64,000 nucleotides of DNA from Acidobacteriota bacterium (GTDB lineage Bacteria; Acidobacteriota; UBA6911; RPQK01; JADFOI01), in NCBI GenBank assembly GCA_963663035.1, contig OY760074.1, positions 3,360,001 through 3,424,000 of the forward strand, read 5' to 3'. The notes beneath the pieces are model-generated. The model saw nothing but the letters and a program-made list of their open reading frames with translations, did not search any database and had not been told where the DNA came from. Below, piece after piece: positions 57,127 through 64,000 of this stretch (positions within the stretch are counted from its first letter, which is position 1; each line of letters begins with the position of its first letter). The position numbers and the translations under genes are program-made.

Positions 57127-57155
57127 TTGCCTTCATCCCCCATAAGGCTTAAAAT
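57127..57155 (+). promoter_or_regulatory. sigma70-like promoter just outside the right inverted repeat
   Basis: TTGCCT-N17-TAAAAT. Confidence 0.55.
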
Positions 57156-57194
57156 CTAGGCCAAGTCACACCCGTTTTGAGAGGGAGTCAAGGA

Positions 57195-57326
57195 GTGATC
57201 GGCCAAACCGTCTCGCACTACAAAGTCGCTGAGAAGCTCGGCGGTGGAGGCATGGGTGTCGTCTTCAAGGCTGAGGACACCCTCTTGGGTAAAAATGTAG
57301 CCCTGAAATTCCGAGTCAGAAAATAA
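57195..57326 (+). pseudogene. 5' stub of a Ser/Thr protein kinase gene
   Basis: [39 protein letters not shown], then RVRK-stop (Gly-rich loop and VALK only). Confidence 0.9.
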
Positions 57327-57383
57327 CTCTGTCCCCATATTTCGTCCCCAGATTCGCCCATATCTGGCAGAAAGGAAAACATC

Positions 57384-59237
57384 ATGAGTCTCAAGAAAAA
57401 AGAGAAAGAAAGAGTCAGCCGCAGAGGCTTCATCCGAGGAGCGGGCGTTGGCGCTGGGGCCATAGCTGCCGCCAGTGCGCTGCCCACTTTAAAGGCGCAA
57501 GCTCAGCAGAGCGCGGCCTCTGGCATTCCCGAGCAATGGGACTTGGAGGCAGACGTTGTCATTATCGGCTCCGGGGCCACGGGAGTTCCCGCCGCCATTA
57601 GGGCGGCAGAGGAAGGGGCCTCGGTTATGGTCGTCGACGCCAATTACGACGCCGGCGGACACGCCCTACTGAGCGGAGGAAACGTCGCTCTCGGAGGTGG
57701 GACGAGCGCCCAGAAAAAGTACGACATCGAGGATTCGCCGGACCTCCTCTTCCAGGATCTAACTGACTGGTCCGTCGTGGAAGCCAACGGTATGCCTGAT
57801 TACAGGTACAACGACCGAGGCGTCCAGCGTGCTCTTGCCGATAACGAGGCTGCCACCTACGAATTCCTGGTCGCAAATGGCGTCCGGTTTGAAGATCAGG
57901 TCCCCGACGTGAGGGGCGGGCACGCCATAGGGGTCTCCGCACCCAGAGAGAATCACGCCATCAGGGATCATGTGCCGGGCCTCGAGAGTCCGACGGGCTC
58001 AGGGGGAACCAACCTCATGAGACCCTTGGAGGCCAGTGCCAGGAAAAAGGGCGTCAAGTTCCTGCTGAACTACCACATGGACGTCATTTTCCGCGAGACT
58101 CCCACTTCGGGACGGGTGCTTGGCATCCAGGCCAGCTACACGCCCACGATCCTGCCGGGAACCACCACTCCTCTCAAGAGCTTCCGTTCCCAAGGCAATA
58201 TCGAAATGGACGCGGACTCTGTCACCGTCAAAGCCAGGAAGGCTGTCATTCTCGGCACAGGCGGGCATACGGGCAACGTCAACTTCCGCAGAATGTTTGA
58301 CTCGAGACTGACCGAGGAGATCCAATATGGCGGCGCCCCCTTCTCTCCTCAGGACGCCAGCGGGGAGCTGGCCAGCATGGCCATTGGGGCATCACTGTGG
58401 GGCACGGCCAACCAGACTTTTGAGAGAAGCGGCTATGTCAGGAAACGGAGCCTGATTGGATCTCAGTATCTCTATGTTTCCTGGAAGCTGGATAGCCCCA
58501 TCTTCCCTCTGGCCCGCGCCACGGGTCTTCGGGTTGGCGATTGGCAGAACGTGATCTCTGTGAACCAGGCGGGAAAGAGATTCTACGATGAGACTTCAGG
58601 GAACTGGCCATACGGGAGCTCCTTCGAGTTCCTGGATCCCTATGTCCCGGGGGATTGGCGCAATGCCAGGAGAATTCCCTACGATCCACAGAACTACATC
58701 GACGCGGCCTTGGCCATGAACGAGGGATCAGCTCCCCCCGACTACGGACCCGGACCGACCTGGGCCATCTTCGACTCCGACGCCGTCGGGCGGGAAGAAT
58801 GGGATCTGGAGCCGCCTGCCACCGACCCCCTCTACTTCTTCGGTGCCGACACGCTGGCGCAACTGGCTGCCAAGCTGACGCAAAATCCCTACCAGAAAGT
58901 CGAGATGCCTGCCGGGAACCTGAAAGCGACAGTGGCCAGATACAACTCTATCGTGGAGTTCGGCCACGACGTGGACTTCGAAAAACCCTCACCCCTGTAC
59001 AAGATAGAGACCCCTCCCTTTTACGCTGCCTGGGCCGGGCCGGTAGTGCACGATAGCTATGCAGGCCTCAGGATCAACATGAAGTGCCAGGTGATGGACT
59101 TCAATGGCGAGGTCATTGCGGGGCTCTACTGCGGAGGCGAGTCGGCCGGTGGCTGCAGTCAGCATGGCACGGGCCGATGCACCACCCAGGGCTACATCTC
59201 CGGAAAGGCCGCCGCCGCTGAGCCGAGCTGGGACTAG
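57384..59237 (+). CDS. Tat-exported FAD-dependent oxidoreductase (fumarate reductase / flavocytochrome c flavin subunit / KstD-like family)
   Basis: SRRGF leader, DVVIIGSGATG, GG..LSGG, KAVILGTGG, VNQAGKRF.DE, GLRIN, GLYCGGE. Confidence 0.9.
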   Translation: MSLKKKEKERVSRRGFIRGAGVGAGAIAAASALPTLKAQAQQSAASGIPEQWDLEADVVIIGSGATGVPAAIRAAEEGASVMVVDANYDAGGHALLSGGNVALGGGTSAQKKYDIEDSPDLLFQDLTDWSVVEANGMPDYRYNDRGVQRALADNEAATYEFLVANGVRFEDQVPDVRGGHAIGVSAPRENHAIRDHVPGLESPTGSGGTNLMRPLEASARKKGVKFLLNYHMDVIFRETPTSGRVLGIQASYTPTILPGTTTPLKSFRSQGNIEMDADSVTVKARKAVILGTGGHTGNVNFRRMFDSRLTEEIQYGGAPFSPQDASGELASMAIGASLWGTANQTFERSGYVRKRSLIGSQYLYVSWKLDSPIFPLARATGLRVGDWQNVISVNQAGKRFYDETSGNWPYGSSFEFLDPYVPGDWRNARRIPYDPQNYIDAALAMNEGSAPPDYGPGPTWAIFDSDAVGREEWDLEPPATDPLYFFGADTLAQLAAKLTQNPYQKVEMPAGNLKATVARYNSIVEFGHDVDFEKPSPLYKIETPPFYAAWAGPVVHDSYAGLRINMKCQVMDFNGEVIAGLYCGGESAGGCSQHGTGRCTTQGYISGKAAAAEPSWD

Positions 59238-59516
59238 ACGCTCCCCGATGAACGGGTAGTCAGTCCCCACATTTTCCCCAATGGACTTGGCAACTGTGGT
59301 GTGCTATCTAGTGGCGGATGCTTCGCGCTGGCAGCTGGTAAGGGAGGACAGAGGGGGGTATGACTTGACGACTTTGGCGGGTGGTGAGTGCGCATCATTG
59401 AATAGTTGATGCCTGTCTGATGAACAGTCATCAAGAGAGTTAATAGAAAGGAGTGTGCCCGATGAAACTAGATCATCTCACTCGTCTTCCTCATCCCGGC
59501 GGTGGGGTGGCCATGC

Positions 59517-59711
59517 TACAGCGCAGGGACACCACGGCAGCTTCATAAAGGAATATACACTTTAGATACGGGCGTTGGTCATCCACGATATGGCGTTTCA
59601 CAAGACGGCCAACACTTTTTGATGAGCAAAGCATCAGATGAAGAGCAAGGGCAACTCAGAGTTGTCCTCAACTGGTTTGAAGAACTCAAACGCCTTGTGC
59701 CTACCAACTGA
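59517..59711 (+). pseudogene. 3' remnant of a Ser/Thr kinase-TolB-type gene
   Basis: GTPRQL...YGVSQDGQHFLM...VVLNWFEELKRLVPTN*, a C-terminus typical of acidobacterial kinase/beta-propeller proteins. Confidence 0.75.
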
Positions 59712-59739
59712 CTGAAATGTGTTACACCGGGAGGTTAAT

Positions 59740-60540
59740 ATGAAGTTTTTCCATACATTAGTTCTAGTGCTTCTCGCATTTGCTTACCCGCTTTTCGCCC
59801 AGGTTCCTGACACCGTTTTTCTAGAAGAACTGACATGGACTGAAGTGCGAGATGCCATCCAAGCTGGCAAAACAACAGTCATCATTCCTACAGGTGGAAC
59901 GGAACAAACTGGCCCACACATTGTACTGGGAAAGCATAATTTCATTGTGAAACACACAGCTGAGCAGATTGCTCGCAGGCTAGGAGATGCTCTGGTAGCT
60001 CCGGTTGTTGCTTATGTACCTGAGGGTGAGCTTGATCCACCCACCAGCCACATGCGTTTCAGCGGCACAATCACACTGCCCAATGAATACTTCATGAAGG
60101 TGGTGGAATACGCGGCTCGAAGCTTTCGGGTGCATGGCTTCAAAGATATTGTGTTAATTGGAGACAGCGGAGGAAACCAGGACGGCTTGAAAACAGTCTC
60201 TGAAATGCTCAACAAGGAATGGGCTAATTCTGACATCCGAGTTCTCTTCGTATCCGATTACAACAGTGGCACCGCCTTCCGTGATTGGCTTCAGAGTCAG
60301 GGCGAAACGGCAGAGAGCATTGGAGGGCATGGGGGCATCCCAAACACCTCAGAAGTGATGGCTGTTGACTCAAATCAAGTCCGCTTGGATAAGCGGGCAA
60401 AGAGTACAGAGACTTTACCGAGTGGAGTTACGGGTGATTCGACACGCGCAAGCATCCGTTATGGAATGAAAGGTCTTGAGTTGAAGATTGAAGCAGCTGT
60501 TGCCCAAACCAAGGAACTGATGACCTCAAGCCGCAAGTGA
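59740..60540 (+). CDS. Secreted creatininase family protein with altered metal ligands
   Basis: GGAGG RBS, signal peptide, [36 protein letters not shown]...TS. Confidence 0.87.
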   Translation: MKFFHTLVLVLLAFAYPLFAQVPDTVFLEELTWTEVRDAIQAGKTTVIIPTGGTEQTGPHIVLGKHNFIVKHTAEQIARRLGDALVAPVVAYVPEGELDPPTSHMRFSGTITLPNEYFMKVVEYAARSFRVHGFKDIVLIGDSGGNQDGLKTVSEMLNKEWANSDIRVLFVSDYNSGTAFRDWLQSQGETAESIGGHGGIPNTSEVMAVDSNQVRLDKRAKSTETLPSGVTGDSTRASIRYGMKGLELKIEAAVAQTKELMTSSRK

Positions 60541-60545
60541 CGGGT

Positions 60546-60685
60546 ATAATCGGCAATCAAGTTTCTCACTACAAAATCCAGGAAAAGCTGGTGGTGATGG
60601 AATGGGAATCGTCTACAAGGCTGAGGGCACCCGCCTGGGTCGCAATGTGGCCTTGAAGTTCCTGCCTGAGAAGTTTGCCCAGAAT
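60546..60685 (+). pseudogene. Second 5' stub of a Ser/Thr protein kinase gene (start lost, frameshifted)
   Basis: [14 protein letters not shown] / [30 protein letters not shown]. Confidence 0.88.
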
Positions 60686-60976
60686 ACGATCCTAGAAGCA
60701 TCGGTGGGGGCTTCTCAGCGTGGCAATCTGCTCTTGCTCATACAGATCCTGAGTCTCATTCACCCGTTTCCAGACGGTCCTCGTCGAGCGGACGGGCCCA
60801 CAGGGCCGCGCGGCGGCGCTGGTAACCCTTGGCCACCACTCGGTAGCCTCTTCTCATCAGCAAGGGAAGCCGGTTGATAAGAGCTCGGTGCTTACATAAA
60901 GGGACTAACCGCCGTCTTCAGCCCATTTCGACGTGAGAATTGAGATGTATCCCGTCAGCGAAAATGGGACAGATAG

Positions 60977-61618
60977 GGACCGAGAGTTAAGAGACAGTTA
61001 AAGGATTACGGTATTTTCTTGAGCTGCGGAATGGACAGATTCAACAAGGTCACGGCCTGGATCAACGACTATGGGCCACAAATTGAGCCCTTCATCCAGC
61101 CTCTGAAAACCTATGTTGACTCGGGAGTGCAGTTGACTGGCCAGCACTTTGGTGGCGGCGCCCGAAATCCTGGAAGCCCGAGCTTCCGTCCTCCCTTTTT
61201 CTTGCCCTGGCAAATCATCACACGCAAGTATGACGGGAAGGTTTGGCAGCCGGAAGAGCGGCTTGACCGGGTGCGTGCCATAAAGATCTATACATCCTGG
61301 GCAGCAAAATATGTCCAAAAGCCGGATCAGCTCGGCTCTCTGGAGAGGGGTAAGTTTGCCGACTTGCTGGTGATCGACCGAGATTACTTTACCGTTCCTA
61401 TTGACGACATTCTGAAAATTCGTCCTTTGATGACCATGGTGGGGGGCAAGATGATCGTGCTGCAGGAGTCACTGGCAAAGGACTTTGGAATGCAACCGGT
61501 GGGTCCTGCTTACAACTTTAGGGATGAGGATGTGCGGCATGTCGGTGAGTCGCTGTCTGGAATCGAGGAAGAGTTTTCGAGTGAAGAAGAGCGCATGGAT
61601 CAAGAGAGTAGGGATTAG
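60977..61618 (+). pseudogene. 3' fragment of an amidohydrolase-3 gene
   Basis: ITRK, AIKIYTSWAA.YV, GSLERGKFADLLVIDRDYF, MTMVGG; in-frame stop at 60974; no HxH domain. Confidence 0.82.
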
Positions 61619-61695
61619 ATGTAAGAAGTTCGTGAGTTGCAAACGGCTGAAGAGCATCAACTTGAGGTGAATTGCTGTTCTGAGAGGGAAGGCTT

Positions 61696-63186
61696 TTGGT
61701 GGCCTTCTCTGTGGATATCGAGAACTTCCCTGTGAGCAAAACGAGTCCCATCCTAAAGTTAGCGGCTGGTCCCGCTGCCTTCCTGCTGATCTATTTCTCC
61801 GCGCTTGAAGGAGTTTCCTATAATGGCCGTGTCATCCTCGCCACCTTAGCCTGGGCCGTCGTCTGGTGGATGACCAAGCCGGTCCCCTGGGCCATAACCT
61901 CGCTGCTTCCCCTGGTGATTTTTCCCGTCCTGGGCGTGATGCCAATACGGGAGACAACAGCTCTGTACGGACAGAGAATCTTCTTCTGGCTTCTCGGAAT
62001 TACCATGCTTGGATATGCCCTACAGAAGCACGGATTAGCCAACCGCATTGCCCTGAAGTTCCTGGGGCTCAAGGGCATGGCCAACACGACCCGCAGACTG
62101 CTTTTCATGTACATGCTGGCCACTGCAGTCCTCTCCATGTTCATTACGGACACTGCAGTTGTGGGCATGATGATTCCCCTGGGAATGTCCATTTGTGCCT
62201 TTGTCAGCAAGATAACCGGCAGCAATCATGAAGGCAGCCACCTGGCTTCCTTTTTTGCACTGGGAACACTCTATGCAGCGGTGGCAGGAGGGGTCGCGAC
62301 CATAGCAGGGAGTTCTCATAACGCAATCGGTGCGGCCCTGGCTGAAAGTCTGGTAGGAGAACAAATCGGGTTTTTCCGCTGGATGACCGTAGGACTACCG
62401 CTGTTCGTTGTCTTGTTCATCGCCTTTTATCTGTTGCTGGTTTATTTTTACCCACCTGAAATCTCTACCATTCCTGGCGGCCGGGAATTTCTAGATGCCG
62501 AACTCAAAAAGCTGGGGAAGATGACAAGGGGAGAAGTGAATGTTCTGGTGACCATTGGATGCATGGTGTTCTTGTTTACCTTTCCCGCCCTGTTTTCTCT
62601 GGTCTTGGGCGAAGCCCATCCCTGGGCCGAGCACCTGCGAACGGCCTTGCCGACATGGGTGGTGCCGGCCGTGATACTTTTCTTGCTTTTTCTGCTGCCC
62701 GTCGATTTCATGAAAGGCGAAGGAACCTTGGTCTGGCGCGATGTCGCCGAGCATGCTCCCTGGAACATTATTTTCTTGTGCACGGGCGCTGTAGCCATGA
62801 CCGATGCCCTCACCCAATTCGGCTTCAGAGAGCTCATGACCGGGAAATTGGAGACTCTCGAGATGGGGGCAAGTCTGCCCTTTCTGGTGACTCTGACGGT
62901 GGCAGTGAGCACGAACTTCGTGTCAGGAACAGCAGCTGTGTCTCTCTTCTGTAGTATCTTCATCCCTCTGGCGGCCAACCTGGGTTTTAACCCTGTGAGC
63001 ATGGCTATTCTCATACCCAACGCCGGTGTGGGTGTTATGACTCCCTGGGCAGGCGCGTCGGCCGGTACGGCTTTTGCCTCGGGTTATTTGAAAATGACAG
63101 AGATGGTAAAGGTCGGACTAGTCGCCACAGCCTTGATCATCTTGCTCACCACAGGTATTCACATGCTCTTTGCCCCAATCCTTTAG
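61696..63186 (+). CDS. SLC13/DASS family anion:sodium symporter; start uncertain
   Basis: WWMT.PVP, LSMFITDTA..MM.P, YAA..GG.AT..GS..N, PWNI.FL..G, G.MTP. Confidence 0.88.
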   Translation: MVAFSVDIENFPVSKTSPILKLAAGPAAFLLIYFSALEGVSYNGRVILATLAWAVVWWMTKPVPWAITSLLPLVIFPVLGVMPIRETTALYGQRIFFWLLGITMLGYALQKHGLANRIALKFLGLKGMANTTRRLLFMYMLATAVLSMFITDTAVVGMMIPLGMSICAFVSKITGSNHEGSHLASFFALGTLYAAVAGGVATIAGSSHNAIGAALAESLVGEQIGFFRWMTVGLPLFVVLFIAFYLLLVYFYPPEISTIPGGREFLDAELKKLGKMTRGEVNVLVTIGCMVFLFTFPALFSLVLGEAHPWAEHLRTALPTWVVPAVILFLLFLLPVDFMKGEGTLVWRDVAEHAPWNIIFLCTGAVAMTDALTQFGFRELMTGKLETLEMGASLPFLVTLTVAVSTNFVSGTAAVSLFCSIFIPLAANLGFNPVSMAILIPNAGVGVMTPWAGASAGTAFASGYLKMTEMVKVGLVATALIILLTTGIHMLFAPIL

Positions 63187-63267
63187 CTTTCGCTCAGAAA
63201 TCAAACAGAGTTCTGAAGGAGATTAAGATAGGGGATTATATATTTAACTATCATCTTGCGGTAAGGG

Positions 63268-64000
63268 GTGCCGGAATGAGGATCAGACCTCATCTGTGAT
63301 CTGATGAAGCTTCTTGACATCGAGTATGCAGCTTTATCCCCCGGCTCGACCTTTCGAGGCATTCAAGATTCCATTGTCAATTACAGTGAAAACTCCCATC
63401 CCAAGGTCATCTTTTGTTGCCACGAGGAGATCTCTGTGGCCCTGGCCCAAGGTTATGCCAAGGCTAGGGGGAAACCGATGGTGTCCATTGTGCACAACAT
63501 CGTGGGCCTGCAACACGCCAGCATGGCGATCTTTAATGCTTGGTGTGATCGTGTCCCGGTCATCGTTCTGGGTGGCACGGGACCGATGGACACTGAAAAA
63601 AGGCGCCCCCGTATTGACTGGATTCATACGGCTCTGGTTCAAGGATCCCAGGTGCGAGATTACGTGAAGTGGGACGATCAACCCGCTAGTCTTGCCGCCG
63701 TTCCGGAGAGTTTGATCCGAGGGTGCCGCATCGCCACGACTGAGCCCATGGCCCCAGTTTATATTTGCTACGATGTCGATATACAGGAGGAAGTGGTGAG
63801 CTCAGGAGTCGAGATCCCGGATGTCAGCCGGTATGCTCCTCCACCTCCAGTGCAGGCCAATCCCCAGGCCTTGCGCCGAACAGCTCAGCTTCTGGTGGAA
63901 GCGCAGTCTCCTTTAATCATTGCTGATTATGTGGGACGTCACCCGGAGACGGTGAGTTCTTTGGTCGAGTTGGCAGAGCTTTTGACGATCCCTGTTGTGG
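63268..64000 (+). CDS. Thiamine-pyrophosphate-binding enzyme (acetolactate synthase / benzoylformate decarboxylase-like), runs off the window; in-frame TGA at codon 4, possibly a pseudogene
   Basis: VPE*GSDLICDLMKLLDIEY..PGSTFRGIQDS, CHEE, GYAKA, GLQHASMA.FNAWCDRVP, KWDDQP. Open from 63280 to the window end; not in the ORF track. Confidence 0.85.

Noticed and set aside
63277-63307. Second possible Sec codon: in-frame TGA (E-*-GSD) in the TPP enzyme with a weak downstream hairpin
   Set aside because: From recalled family sequences this position is usually Trp/Tyr rather than Cys, the stem is only 5 bp and there is no redox motif. A nonsense change, sequencing error or later start (ATG 63304) is more likely.

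Overview
Bacterial, most likely Acidobacteriota-like accessory/catabolic region. The lineage is inferred from the Oar-type TonB-dependent receptors and Ser/Thr kinase-TolB relics, not from a marker gene. No rRNA, tRNA or CRISPR was seen. The window holds four paralogous TonB-dependent receptors, each behind a tandem sigma54 + sigma70 promoter module, and five intact plus three broken signal-peptide-bearing amidohydrolase-3 paralogs. A xanthine-dehydrogenase-family molybdoenzyme operon hides a probable 552-aa selenoprotein (in-frame UGA, UGSC motif, SECIS-like hairpin 11 nt downstream) that the ORF track splits in two. Other genes encode PrpD-, PrpF-, UbiD- and ICL/PEP-mutase-family enzymes, a SoxC-like protein, a lactate permease, and asparaginase- and creatininase-like proteins. 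A frameshifted DDE insertion sequence sits beside an 8.1-kb cargo segment bounded by 104-bp inverted repeats that end in the same terminal motif. That cargo carries two copies of a cohesin-like protein ending in ACF(F/S)YMH-stop next to the amidohydrolases. Many REP/MITE repeats and gene relics indicate heavy reshuffling. All calls come from reading the sequence by eye; no searches were run.
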